DNA of 64,000 nucleotides, taken from contig OZ244048.1 of the NCBI GenBank assembly GCA_965215265.1, positions 1,568,001 through 1,632,000 of the forward strand. Reading direction: 5' to 3'. The notes below the pieces were generated by a model that had not been told where the DNA came from, did no database searches, and saw nothing but the letters and a program-made list of their open reading frames with translations. The stretch is from Candidatus Poribacteria bacterium (GTDB lineage Bacteria > Poribacteria > WGA-4E > WGA-3G). The stretch's first letter is position 1; every line of letters begins with the position of its first letter. Positions 51,134 through 61,230 of this stretch are shown in pieces. Position numbers and translations under genes: made by a program.

Positions 51134-51553
51134 ATGGGAGTTTACCTTGGATTAGACCTGGGTGATACACGAATTGGGGTTGCCCTGAGCGACGAACTCG
51201 GTGTGACAGCACATCCGTTATGTACCCTGACTCGGAAAAACCGAAAAGTCGATCTAGTAGCAATTTCAGATCTGGTTTCTATTCATAAGGTTGAACGCGT
51301 TATTATCGGATTACCTATTTCACTTGATGGTTCAATCGGACCCCAGGCACAGAAAGTGCAAAAGTTTGCGCAACGTTTGGGGAAGGTTATCAAAATTCCA
51401 ATTGAACTTTGGGATGAACGGTTCACTACAGCAGAAGCAGAAGCAGTTTTGCAGGAATTAAACAAGAATTCCAAGCAGCAGAAGGATATCATAGACCAGG
51501 TTGCCGCGATGATTATCCTTAACGAATATTTGGAAAATCAGCACGATAGCTAA
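51134..51553 (+). CDS. ruvX: Holliday junction resolvase-like RuvX/YqgF
   Basis: LGLDLG..RIGVALSD, GLP, WDERFTT. Confidence 0.93.
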   Translation: MGVYLGLDLGDTRIGVALSDELGVTAHPLCTLTRKNRKVDLVAISDLVSIHKVERVIIGLPISLDGSIGPQAQKVQKFAQRLGKVIKIPIELWDERFTTAEAEAVLQELNKNSKQQKDIIDQVAAMIILNEYLENQHDS

Positions 51554-51651
51554 CTACGTAGACAGTGATAAACCGGATAAAGTGTCTAAAATTGAAAGGG
51601 GTGCGTTCTTAACTTCGCAACTTTCTTGATAGCAGAAAGAAGGCATGCACT

Positions 51652-52773
51652 ATGATGCATATTCAATCAGGACATTTAAGAAGAACTTGGCTTCAAATCG
51701 GTAGATGGACGCTTTGTTGCCTTGGAGGGCTCTGCTTTATTGCTATTCTCATTGGTTGGTTCTACCTGGCTCCTATCAATAAAGCGGACTCATCGACAAT
51801 AGAAAAGTTTGTTAACTTCAATGTCGTAACTGGCAGCAATTCGCGGACAATAGCGAAGCAGTTGGCTGCTGAGAAACTCATTCGGAGCGAACTTGCTTTT
51901 CTGGTTGCGCTCCGCTACTGTGGAAACGATCGACACTTAAAAGCAGGTAGTTATCAGCTGCAGCAGAGCATGTCCTTACTGCAAATCCTCAATGAACTTC
52001 AAAAAGGACAGGTCAAGTTAAAGAGTTGGACGGTCCCGGAAGGACTCACTGTCCGAGATATTGCTGGGCTCTGGGAAGCTGCCGGGTTTGGTACGGCGGA
52101 AGCGTTTCTTCGTGCCACGAAATCAGCCGACTTGCTCCGAGGTTCAGGCCCAGATAGGGATTCAAATTATATGTCAGTAGAAGGATACCTGTTCCCCAAC
52201 ACCTACAAGTTCGCTAAAGGCACACCTGTGAAGACAGTTGTCGAAATGATGCTTGCTGAATTCAACCGGCAATGGGATGAAACATTAAGAGAAAAAGCCA
52301 AGGACTTAAACATGACACGCCATGAAGTTGTGACACTCGCTTCGATTATTGAAAAAGAAGCACAATCCGGAGCTGAACGACATCGCATCGCGAGTGTCTT
52401 CCACAACCGTCTCAAGCGGAACTGGCGCCTTCAGGCAGATCCTACGGTAATTTACGCGTTAGAGCACGCGTCCGACTATGCAACAGAAACTTACGATGAC
52501 AGCAAGGAAATTATTCCAATGCACAGCCAGGAAAAACGTCCTCTCACAAAGGCTGACCTCAAAGTGGATTCGCCATACAATACTTACTTGTATAAAGGAT
52601 TACCTCCCGGGCCGATTAGTAACCCAGGCATCGCTTCAATCAGAGCAGCATTGCATCCCGAAAAAACCAACTATCTCTACTTCGTTGCAATTGGGAACGG
52701 CCTCCATCATTTTTCAAAGACACTTTCTGAACATAATAGGATGATCCGAGAAATCAGGCGAAAAGCGCGATAA
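51652..52773 (+). CDS. mltG: Endolytic transglycosylase MltG
   Basis: EGYLFPNTY, LASIIEKE, LQADPT, SPYNTY, GLPPGPISNPG. Confidence 0.94.
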   Translation: MMHIQSGHLRRTWLQIGRWTLCCLGGLCFIAILIGWFYLAPINKADSSTIEKFVNFNVVTGSNSRTIAKQLAAEKLIRSELAFLVALRYCGNDRHLKAGSYQLQQSMSLLQILNELQKGQVKLKSWTVPEGLTVRDIAGLWEAAGFGTAEAFLRATKSADLLRGSGPDRDSNYMSVEGYLFPNTYKFAKGTPVKTVVEMMLAEFNRQWDETLREKAKDLNMTRHEVVTLASIIEKEAQSGAERHRIASVFHNRLKRNWRLQADPTVIYALEHASDYATETYDDSKEIIPMHSQEKRPLTKADLKVDSPYNTYLYKGLPPGPISNPGIASIRAALHPEKTNYLYFVAIGNGLHHFSKTLSEHNRMIREIRRKAR

Positions 52774-52813
52774 TTATGTCCCGGCGGGGCAGTCGAAAGG
52801 AAATCACAACAAA

Positions 52814-54139
52814 ATGGAAACGGCTGAGTCACAGCAGACACTTCAGAATCAAACAACATTTTCAGGCAAAGGCTTAATGCTCGGTGCACCTGTTACATTA
52901 ACCTTGAAACCGGCACCTGCAGATGCCGGCATCATATTTAGACGTGTGGATATAGAGGGTGCACCTGAAATCAAGGTGTTTCCGGAAAATTGGGTTGACC
53001 TGCTTCCACGGTGCACCAGTTTACAAAGCAGGAATGCAGCTGGGCAGAACAATCCATCCACTGCGACGGTGAGTAGCGTTGAACACATTCTATCTGCTCT
53101 CGGTGGCCTCGGAGTCGATAACGCAATAGTCGAGCTTGACGCACCTGAGCCGCCCGCACTGGATGGCAGCGCATTGCCTTACGCAGAGCAAATTCAGAAG
53201 GTCGGGGTTATCCGACAAGAAAATACCCACCGACGCTTTATAGAAATATCTGAACCGTTTGTCATATCAGAAGATAATAGACAACTCGTTCTGCTACCGG
53301 CTGATGCCTTCCAAGTCACATTCATTTATGCCCATCCCCAAACCACCCCGCAAGTCGCCACTTTCCAAATAACCCCAGAATCCTATATTCGTGAGATTGC
53401 GCCTGCGAGAAGTTTCTGTTTCGCGAGTGAAATAGATGCCCTTCAAGCACTCGGCATCGGTAAAGGGGCGAGTTATGACAACGTGCTTGTTATAGACGCG
53501 GAGAATGCTACGAGTCAGGCACTTCGATTCGAAGACGAGTACGCCCGCCATAAAATGCTAGACCTGATTGGCGATCTCTACCTTGCAGGCTGTCTCCCGA
53601 AGGCACACGTCATCGCATTGCGCACTGGGCATACATTCCATGCGAAACTTGTTCAGGCGCTTGCAGAAAAAGGTTATCTGCAGCCATCATCTATTCGATC
53701 TCCGGTTGAAGTGAAGGAGATTTACCGCATCCTTCCACACCGGCATCCGATGTGTCTATTGGATAGAGTGCTTGAGTATGAAGATGGGAAGTATGCTATC
53801 GGTATTAAGAACGTGACATATAATGAGCGGGTGTTCGAGGGACATTTTCCTGTCCAACCGGTTATGCCGGGTGTTTTACAAGTTGAGGCCCTCGCCCAAC
53901 TTGGTGCTTGGTTAGTACTTCAGGAAATCGGGAAAGAAGGGCAGTTAGGTTACTTCCGGACTATCAACAAAGCAACATTCCGGCGGGCTGTCATTCCGGG
54001 TGACCAGCTCCGTTTGGAAATTGAGGTGGTACAACGACGGAGCACCTTGGCACGCATTAAAGGAGCGGCGTATGTCGGCGATTCTCTCGCAACCGAAGCT
54101 GAACTGTCAATCGCGCTCGCACCAACTGAACGCGAGTAA
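52814..54139 (+). CDS. lpxC: Bifunctional LpxC/FabZ
   Basis: VEH, DGSA, HKMLDLIGDL, then LPHRHP and FEGHFP..PVMPGVL. Confidence 0.93.
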   Translation: METAESQQTLQNQTTFSGKGLMLGAPVTLTLKPAPADAGIIFRRVDIEGAPEIKVFPENWVDLLPRCTSLQSRNAAGQNNPSTATVSSVEHILSALGGLGVDNAIVELDAPEPPALDGSALPYAEQIQKVGVIRQENTHRRFIEISEPFVISEDNRQLVLLPADAFQVTFIYAHPQTTPQVATFQITPESYIREIAPARSFCFASEIDALQALGIGKGASYDNVLVIDAENATSQALRFEDEYARHKMLDLIGDLYLAGCLPKAHVIALRTGHTFHAKLVQALAEKGYLQPSSIRSPVEVKEIYRILPHRHPMCLLDRVLEYEDGKYAIGIKNVTYNERVFEGHFPVQPVMPGVLQVEALAQLGAWLVLQEIGKEGQLGYFRTINKATFRRAVIPGDQLRLEIEVVQRRSTLARIKGAAYVGDSLATEAELSIALAPTERE

Positions 54140-54217
54140 CCGGTTTTAATTTCAGGAGTCAGGCATCCAAGCCCCGGCTTCTAACGAAAATTCGTACAAA
54201 CTGAAAGAGGTACATCT

Positions 54218-55042
54218 GTGCTACAGCCAAACATTCACCCGACCGCGATAATCTCTCCAAAAGCCAGATTGGACGAAGACGTTCACGTCGGTCCCTACAG
54301 TCTTGTTGGCGACTATACGTATATCGGGCGAGGAACCCAGATCGGTGCGCACGTTCAGATTGGCGACTGGACAACCATTGGTGAAGAATGTCAGATTTTT
54401 TTTGGCGCGACTCTCGGGAATCCATCGAAAGATCTGAAGTACAGAGGTGGACGCAGTTATCTCAAAATCGGTAACCGGAATACGTTACGCGAATATGTCT
54501 CTATCTCCAGATCTTCCTTTGAGGAAGGTGCCACTGTTATTGGGGATGGCAATCTATTCATGAATTGGGTGAACTTGGCACATGATACCGTTGTTGGTAA
54601 CCGCACGATTATGGCGAACTTTGCTACGCTGGCGGGGCACGTAGAAATTGAAGACGACGTTCGCTTAGGTGCCCATGCAGCGTTACATCAGTACGTGCGC
54701 GTCGGCAAAATGGCGATGGCAGGCGGATTCTCAAAAATTGTTCAGGACATCCCGCCCTTTGCCCTTTCAGCGGGACAACCGGCTCGAGTTCGCGATTTAA
54801 ACCGTCTCGGTATCCGGACCTCACAAATCAATCCCTTGGCGCGTCTCACACCTGAAACCCGTGTCCTCCTCAAAAAAGCGTTCCGCATTCTGTTTCGTTC
54901 GGGGATACCGCTAAAGCATGCTGTTAATCAGGTCAGACAAGAATTAACATCAGACCCGGAAGTTGAATATTTACTCTGTTTTATTGAGACATCCAAACGC
55001 GGCATCGGATTTAGCCATCCGAATCGGCCACTTGTCGGGTGA
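54218..55042 (+). CDS. lpxA: UDP-N-acetylglucosamine acyltransferase
   Basis: IHPTA hexapeptides, DLKY, AHD, LAGHV, HQY, QDIPPF. Confidence 0.93.
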   Translation: MLQPNIHPTAIISPKARLDEDVHVGPYSLVGDYTYIGRGTQIGAHVQIGDWTTIGEECQIFFGATLGNPSKDLKYRGGRSYLKIGNRNTLREYVSISRSSFEEGATVIGDGNLFMNWVNLAHDTVVGNRTIMANFATLAGHVEIEDDVRLGAHAALHQYVRVGKMAMAGGFSKIVQDIPPFALSAGQPARVRDLNRLGIRTSQINPLARLTPETRVLLKKAFRILFRSGIPLKHAVNQVRQELTSDPEVEYLLCFIETSKRGIGFSHPNRPLVG

Positions 55043-55137
55043 AGCCGGTTTTGCGGTGTTTGCCTTAGCGTAACACTCGGCAAAATTTCTCCGAGGCATC
55101 TTAGCCAGCAGTCCATTCGTAAAAGGAAACCGAAGCT

Positions 55138-55938
55138 GTGGAAAAACTTGGCATCATCGCGGGGGCAGGAGAGCTGCCTGTTCTATTAGCACGTTCGGCC
55201 ATCGCTCATCAACGTGAACCTGTTATCATACAAATTACCGCACCGGATGCGAAACGTTTTGCAGGAATTGCGGATGAAATTTATACTTTAGGCGTTGGAC
55301 AAATTCAAAAGATTATCCGCACATTTCAAAAAGCCGGTGTAAACGAGGTCGTGCTTATCGGCAAAGTTCAAAAGAACATCCTTCTACGCCCTTTTCAAGT
55401 AGATGCCACCATCATTAAACTCTTAGCACAAAATCGAAGAAAGCCATCAGCACTCATCTCTGCAATTCTCGCCCACTTTGAGACATCCGGTATCTCGATC
55501 CTTACACAAGACCGGTTCCTTGGCCATCTCATGCCGCAACCCGGAATTTTAACAGCACGAAAACCGACTCTTCGTCAAGAATCAGACATAAAACTCGGCA
55601 TTACCGTCGCGCAACAGATGGCAAACATGGATATTGGACAGACGGTTGCCGTTAAAAATCAGATCGTCCTCGCGATTGAAGCGATTGAAGGAACAGACGC
55701 AGCAATTCGCAGAGGAGGGAAGTGGGGAGGAAAAGGAATTGTCGTGGCTAAAGCCGCTGCCGAGCATCACGATTTCCGAATTGACATCCCAACAGTCGGC
55801 GTGCAAACGCTACAGACGCTGCATAATGTCAAAGCAAGTGTACTTGCAATAGAGGCTGGAAGGACCTTCGTTATCAATGCGGGAGCCCTCATCGAACAAG
55901 CAGATCGGTGGAAAATATCAATTGTTGCTGTCAAATAA
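55138..55938 (+). CDS. lpxI: UDP-2,3-diacylglucosamine diphosphatase LpxI
   Basis: GIIAG.G.LP, DIGQT, AIEAIEGTD, D.R.D.PTVG. Confidence 0.9.
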   Translation: MEKLGIIAGAGELPVLLARSAIAHQREPVIIQITAPDAKRFAGIADEIYTLGVGQIQKIIRTFQKAGVNEVVLIGKVQKNILLRPFQVDATIIKLLAQNRRKPSALISAILAHFETSGISILTQDRFLGHLMPQPGILTARKPTLRQESDIKLGITVAQQMANMDIGQTVAVKNQIVLAIEAIEGTDAAIRRGGKWGGKGIVVAKAAAEHHDFRIDIPTVGVQTLQTLHNVKASVLAIEAGRTFVINAGALIEQADRWKISIVAVK

Positions 55939-55973
55939 ATGTAAGAACGGATGCTTCGTATTTATAGGAAAGT

Positions 55974-56038
55974 GTGGCAGGATAGGTATTCTTTGTCTGT
56001 CCATGAGACAAGAAACCTTTTACCTGCCGCTCACTGGG
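55974..56038. repeat. Family-2 repeat
   Basis: GTGGCAGGATAGGTATTCTTTGTCTGTCCATGAGACAAGAAACCTTTTACCTGCCGCTCACTGGG. Confidence 0.8.
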
Positions 56039-56090
56039 TTGTTCCAGTCCATACAAAAAATCCGTCCTTATGAGTATTTAGATATGTAGG

Positions 56091-56321
56091 CTACGCACCT
56101 TCAATTGCGGTAGTTATTTGGCCTGTTGTTGGAAACTGTCCTGTCTCAAGTTTAGAGTAGAGCAGTGTCCCATTTAACGAAACTTCAAAAGCCCCGCCAC
56201 TGCCTGGAATTAACTCTACTGACTTCATCTCCGAACCATACTTCTGTTTCAAGGCATCTGCCAAACTGGCTGCCCGTGGTTGGTAGTTTCAGGCGCTGCA
56301 GTACTCAATTCTCACTTCCAT
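56091..56321 (-). CDS. SelW/Rdx family selenoprotein (CxxU), 76 aa
   Basis: GAGGAGG RBS; MEVRIEYCSA-TGA-NYQPRAASLA...GSGGAFEV..NG.LLYSK..TGQFP. Confidence 0.9.
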
Positions 56322-56636
56322 TAGATTTAATCCTCCTCATTTATATAAATGCTGATATGTCAGAGTAATCTTTCGTATTCACTCATAATAGACTGGCTGA
56401 GGTTTCGTTTATCAAAACCCCAGGGGGCACTGTTTCCTATCAAGCGGAAAATATCCCTCCCTTTTTATTAATTTTAGCAGCAAAGTTTGGAAATTGCAAA
56501 TTTTTTCGTCTTTTTGACACCGTTGAATTCTCGCATTCGTTTTGGCACAAATATTGCTTATAATTTAGACATAACGATTTGCCTCTTCCGTAATAATATT
56601 TTGTAGATGTCTCGGTATAGTGTAGCATTAGACTAG

Positions 56637-56711
56637 ACCCAATGGGTGGCAGGTAAAAGGTATTCTTATCTCTCCTGAAAGGAGAGATAAAGAATACCTC
56701 TCCTGCCACTT
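56637..56711. repeat. Family-2 repeat
   Basis: GGGTGGCAGGTAAAAGGTATTCTT.TCTCTCC..GGAGAGA.AAAGAATACC..CCTGCCAC. Confidence 0.8.
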
Positions 56712-56811
56712 CCGGTTATTTCGAACGCGAAATAACCACGTTAGAGATACCGTAAATTAATGCCAATTTGTGGGCATTAGGGCGCAACATTGACATGCAG
56801 GTGTTTAAATT

Positions 56812-57624
56812 ATGAACAAAACCATCCAATTTCTGAACAAATTTGTAATACCGTCTATCTGCATCCATCTGATAGGCGTAACTGTAGTGTCTTTGTCTAT
56901 CGGGGGTTCCGCTAATATTCATCAGGACGCGATTGTTGCTGAGGTTTTCGTCGTCCACAAGGCAAAGCCTATTCTCACAACACCTCGACCAAAACGCATA
57001 ATTCCTGAATCAACGCAGCCAGCCGTGTTTAACCTACAAGTCGCGCGTATACAGACAGCTGCGGAAGTTACGCAGGTCCCACAAAACCAAATACAACTTT
57101 TTGTGGAGAGAACCCCCTTGCCTGCTGAATTTGAGACAACTTCTTCAATAGGTTACGGCAAGTTATTTGCTTCGGATACTAACCGGAGAGAGTTCTCGCC
57201 AGCCTTAATAGGCACCCGCCTAAATTCACACGTGATGTCTGTAACTCCTAAACGGGCACCAAAGTCAGCGTTCACAATACCGACTGTGCCGGGAAGTGTT
57301 CAGGTAGATGAACTACCCCCACCCTCAATGCCTTTAGACGAGCCAACGCAAGATGCACAGTTCCTCCGAAAAGTTGAACCTCTCTATCCTGCATCCGCAC
57401 GATTCTCCCATAAACAAGGTAGTGTTCTGCTCGAAGCAACAATAGGCGTAGATGGAAAAGCGAAAAACATTCAGGTCATTGAAGTGACTAACGTGAGTGG
57501 GTTAGGATGTGAGCAAGCAGCAATTACCGCCTTGAAAGCCTCAGAATTTATACCTGCAATGTCCGGTAAAGTTACCGTGAGCCAACGTATCCGGATTCCT
57601 TACCGTTTTAGTCTTAAAAATTAA
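56812..57624 (+). CDS. TonB family energy transducer
   Basis: N-terminal TM with His, Pro-rich linker, P.YP..A...QG.V C-terminal domain. Confidence 0.85.
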   Translation: MNKTIQFLNKFVIPSICIHLIGVTVVSLSIGGSANIHQDAIVAEVFVVHKAKPILTTPRPKRIIPESTQPAVFNLQVARIQTAAEVTQVPQNQIQLFVERTPLPAEFETTSSIGYGKLFASDTNRREFSPALIGTRLNSHVMSVTPKRAPKSAFTIPTVPGSVQVDELPPPSMPLDEPTQDAQFLRKVEPLYPASARFSHKQGSVLLEATIGVDGKAKNIQVIEVTNVSGLGCEQAAITALKASEFIPAMSGKVTVSQRIRIPYRFSLKN

Positions 57625-57710
57625 GCATTTTTCGTTAGGTGCTCACTTCTTTCCTAAAATCTTCTTCCAGCTTGCTAAATTTCCGCTTCGTAAATAAAGT
57701 CTAAAAAGGT

Positions 57711-57739
57711 TTGCCTACCAAATAGTTTTCGCGTATAAT
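57711..57739 (+). promoter_or_regulatory. sigma70-type promoter
   Basis: TTGCCT-17 bp-TATAAT. Confidence 0.6.
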
Positions 57740-57813
57740 CTTTTCAATTGGGGAAGTTCTCCCTGCAAGCGGGGATGAATCCCCAAATTTCAGTGAAAAC
57801 TTAGGAGAAACCA

Positions 57814-58566
57814 GTGAAGATTCAACTTACAGACAAAGTGGCTGTGATTACAGGCGGGTCAACTGGCATTGGGGCAGCAACAGCGATTGCCTATGCGAAA
57901 GCCGGCGCGCGCGTTGTGTTTGGTGATATTAATGAAGAAGATGGTAAAAAAACACTGAGTACGATTGTTAAAAACAACGGAATTGCCAAGTTCCAGCGCA
58001 CTGACGTAGCCGTTGAGACAGAAGTCGATGCATTAATCCAAACGGCTGATACCGAATTCGGCGGTATTGACATATTGGTAACATCAGCAGGTATCCTGCG
58101 CGGACCGAGTGTGCGAATTGATAATTTTGAGGAAGCTATCTTTGATTCAGTGATTGATGTCAATCTCAAAGGCACCTTTTTTTCACTCAAATACACTATC
58201 CCCGTGATGGAAAGACGGGGTGGCGGGGTTATCCTCTGCATTGCATCCGGTGCGGGCGTTCGGGGCGGCAGCTCCTCTGTTGCTTACGCGTCAAGTAAAG
58301 GCGGTGTAAATGGACTTGTGATGACGGTGGAGAACCAGGTCGCTTCGCTTAACATCCGGATGCATACTATCTGTCCGGGTGGGCTTGCAACGCCGCTCAA
58401 ACTGGGCCAGATTGCTGAGTCTGCTACGCGAGAAGGGCAAGACGCAGATGCGGCAGTCGTGCGGGCGCGGCAGTCGCTCGGAGACCCAGCAGGTGTCGCC
58501 CGAATTTTGACATTTCTCGCCTCTGACGAAGCCTCTTATACGCGTGGGCAGATTTTTACACGATAG
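57814..58566 (+). CDS. SDR family oxidoreductase
   Basis: TGGSTGIG, YASSK. Confidence 0.92.
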   Translation: MKIQLTDKVAVITGGSTGIGAATAIAYAKAGARVVFGDINEEDGKKTLSTIVKNNGIAKFQRTDVAVETEVDALIQTADTEFGGIDILVTSAGILRGPSVRIDNFEEAIFDSVIDVNLKGTFFSLKYTIPVMERRGGGVILCIASGAGVRGGSSSVAYASSKGGVNGLVMTVENQVASLNIRMHTICPGGLATPLKLGQIAESATREGQDADAAVVRARQSLGDPAGVARILTFLASDEASYTRGQIFTR

Positions 58567-58589
58567 GGCGGAAGAAGCACGGGGCGTGC

Positions 58590-58952
58590 TTAAAGTGGAT
58601 TGAGAATCCAATCAAAACTCAGCCACAAACTTTTTGAGTAGCGGTAGAAAAAGATAGGGAAGATAGCAGAAAACGCGCTCCACACCCCGAAATTGAGCAG
58701 AAAAGGAATTGCGGTAAACGTCGTAAGTAACAAGTAACCCGGAAAGGCAATGATTACCGTTGCCCCATAATTGAGGTACATCGCGCCGATAAAATAGCCC
58801 TGCTCTCGTTCAAATTTCATCTGACACTGCGTGCAGTGTGAAAACATTGAGAAATATTTCTTATACAAGGCCCCTTGTTCACATTTTGGGCACTTCAGGC
58901 GGAATCCGCATCGTAGGGCTTTAGTAATGCGGTTGAGATTCCCTGTTTTCAT
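58590..58952 (-). CDS. DUF983-like membrane protein
   Basis: CPKC..G.L, C..C, EREQGYFIGAMY, two TM segments. Confidence 0.75.
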   Translation of the reverse strand: MKTGNLNRITKALRCGFRLKCPKCEQGALYKKYFSMFSHCTQCQMKFEREQGYFIGAMYLNYGATVIIAFPGYLLLTTFTAIPFLLNFGVWSAFSAIFPIFFYRYSKSLWLSFDWILNPL

Positions 58953-59079
58953 TGCATCTTCACCGTAGCCGGGCGGCTTATGCCTCGCCGGGCGTTTTTT
59001 ACAAATTTAAACATCGTTCTTTTGAACTGTTGATCTTTTCAGTTCCCGGTAGCTGGTGCAATCTCTATGTACAAAGAAC

Positions 59080-59697
59080 TCAATAGGTGTTATTGTCCCA
59101 AAAGACCTTGAAAGTCCGAAGCAATATCTTAAAATCGTTCCAGAACGATAGATTTTCAATGTACTCCAGGTCGACGGGAATCCCTTCTCGGATTGAACCA
59201 CGCCGGTGCGGGCTCAACTGCCAAAGTCCGGTCATCCCAGGCCGGACAAGGTGCCGGCGGTTCTCCCAAGGCTCATAGTGTTCAGCAAGGAACGGCATCT
59301 CAGGCCGTGGACCTACGAGGCTCATCTCCCCCTTTAACACATTAAAGAGCTGCGGTAATTCATCTAAACTCGTTTTGCGAAGCCATTTTCCGACTGAGGT
59401 AATGCGAACATCTTCCGTTGAATCAGGTTTTTCGGAATAGGAAGGCGTATCAATATGAAGGCTCCGAAACTTGTAAATAAGAAAGCGCTGATTGTCTAAG
59501 CCGATGCGTTTATGCGAGAAAAAGACGGGGCCTCGTGATGTTAACTTAATGAGCATCGCAATTAGCAACATCAACGGGGCAAAGAAGAGTATAAGAAAAA
59601 AAGCCGCGAGCCCATCAAAAAGATGTTTACCGTGCTTTGCGTAAAAAGAAGAGAGTCGTTCCACTGCGGTTCCTGGTTTTTCGTGTATGACTTTCAA
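59080..59697 (-). CDS. Sugar transferase (polyprenyl-phosphate glycosylphosphotransferase catalytic domain)
   Basis: [33 protein letters not shown]. Confidence 0.92.
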   Translation of the reverse strand: MKVIHEKPGTAVERLSSFYAKHGKHLFDGLAAFFLILFFAPLMLLIAMLIKLTSRGPVFFSHKRIGLDNQRFLIYKFRSLHIDTPSYSEKPDSTEDVRITSVGKWLRKTSLDELPQLFNVLKGEMSLVGPRPEMPFLAEHYEPWENRRHLVRPGMTGLWQLSPHRRGSIREGIPVDLEYIENLSFWNDFKILLRTFKVFWDNNTY

Positions 59698-59780
59698 AGG
59701 TGTTTGTCTTGACTTGAATTAACCGTCTATCAATCCCTCCAACCTGCCACTTTTGGTCCGAGAGACTTTATCCATACCGT

Positions 59781-60893
59781 TTATACAAGAGATTCAAAGA
59801 CATCAAGATATTCTTGTGCAATGCGATCCCAATTAAAGTGGCTCCGTATCCTTTCGGGGGCCTGTTGACGGAATGCCTCAACCTCGTCAGGGTGGTTTTC
59901 TAAATAATCAATTTTCGATTGCAAGTCACTCACATTTTTCTCAAACAGAATGCCGTAACGTCCGCCATCCAACACCTCATCATTGAATGGGGTATTCAGT
60001 GCCAGGATGCAGTTAGAAAACCCTAATGCCTTCAAAATTGAAGGATTGATGCCACCAAACTGATGTCCATGGACATAAGCGAAACAGTGATGGTGAAGTT
60101 CTTTTATATGTTCAGAATCATCTATATGACCAAGGAACTTCACCTTGTCATTAGCAATGCTTTTGAGTTTATCTAAAAATTCCTTTTCAAGGTTATTGCC
60201 TTTGTAATCCGCTCCGCCGGCAATAGCCAACTGTTTCTGACTGTTTGATGCCACGAATGCCTCTAAAATTAGATCTGCGTTATTATCAGGTACAAGTCGA
60301 CTTGCAATCAGATAGTAATTCCGGGACTCAAGTCTATATGTCTCAAGAATTTCAGGGTGTTCTGAGGGTTCAATGTTCGCCCCGTAAGCGATATAGGTAG
60401 TTTCTGCCCCCAACTCCTCTAAATAGAGGCGCTTCATTTCACAAGCGTCCGTAATGACAACAGGAAACGCCGCGGTCGCCATCTTTGCTGCCCATTTAAA
60501 GTAAACCGCCCCTAAGCCTTTCCATTTGGGACGGAGCCACTCCATTCCGTCAACATTAATCACTGCAGCCTTGCCCGCTATCCGGAAAAACCAACCGAAA
60601 GGACCGTTGCCTGCATTCCACGTCAGGATAACATCCGAAGGGGCTACCGAAGCATGCAGCGTTGCCAAAAAACTGTGAGTGAGTGTGCTAAACATCTTGT
60701 GTTCAATACTCGGTAGGTAAACTAAATTGATGCCCTTCCATTCTGGAGGTCTCTCTTTGAACAGTGCCTTTCGGCAATAGACGGTGACTTCATGCCCTGC
60801 CTCTATCCAGCGTGGGGCGAGTTCACTCATGATCGTTTCTAATCCACTGTAGGTAGCGGGAAGCCCGCGAATGCCTAATACTCGAATTTTCAT
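59781..60893 (-). CDS. Glycosyltransferase, GT4/DUF1972-like
   Basis: GIRGLPA.Y.G.ET, NVDG.EW.R.KW, HGH..GG.NPS. Confidence 0.88.
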   Translation of the reverse strand: MKIRVLGIRGLPATYSGLETIMSELAPRWIEAGHEVTVYCRKALFKERPPEWKGINLVYLPSIEHKMFSTLTHSFLATLHASVAPSDVILTWNAGNGPFGWFFRIAGKAAVINVDGMEWLRPKWKGLGAVYFKWAAKMATAAFPVVITDACEMKRLYLEELGAETTYIAYGANIEPSEHPEILETYRLESRNYYLIASRLVPDNNADLILEAFVASNSQKQLAIAGGADYKGNNLEKEFLDKLKSIANDKVKFLGHIDDSEHIKELHHHCFAYVHGHQFGGINPSILKALGFSNCILALNTPFNDEVLDGGRYGILFEKNVSDLQSKIDYLENHPDEVEAFRQQAPERIRSHFNWDRIAQEYLDVFESLV

Positions 60894-61230
60894 GTTTTTC
60901 GTAGAGTTTCTATCCGTGTGATTTATACCGTAATCCCCATCGCAGTTGCACGCCGACAAACACTGTTTTTAAGGATGGCCATCTCTATTTTCTGCAACGA
61001 CAAACTAACTCGCTCCTACAAAGGCACTATATATTATACCTAATTTTGGCGCAAAAGTCCAATTTCAACCGTGGATTAAACTGACAACACTAAGGGCATC
61101 GCGCATCTTTCATGTTTGCAACTTAACTGCTTTGATGAAGGAAACGCGTTAAATCTTCATTCAAAAAACGTGGCCGGCACTTAATTCAGGTGCTCTCTCT
61201 ACAAATTTGAAAAAAATAAATAAGAAGCGT

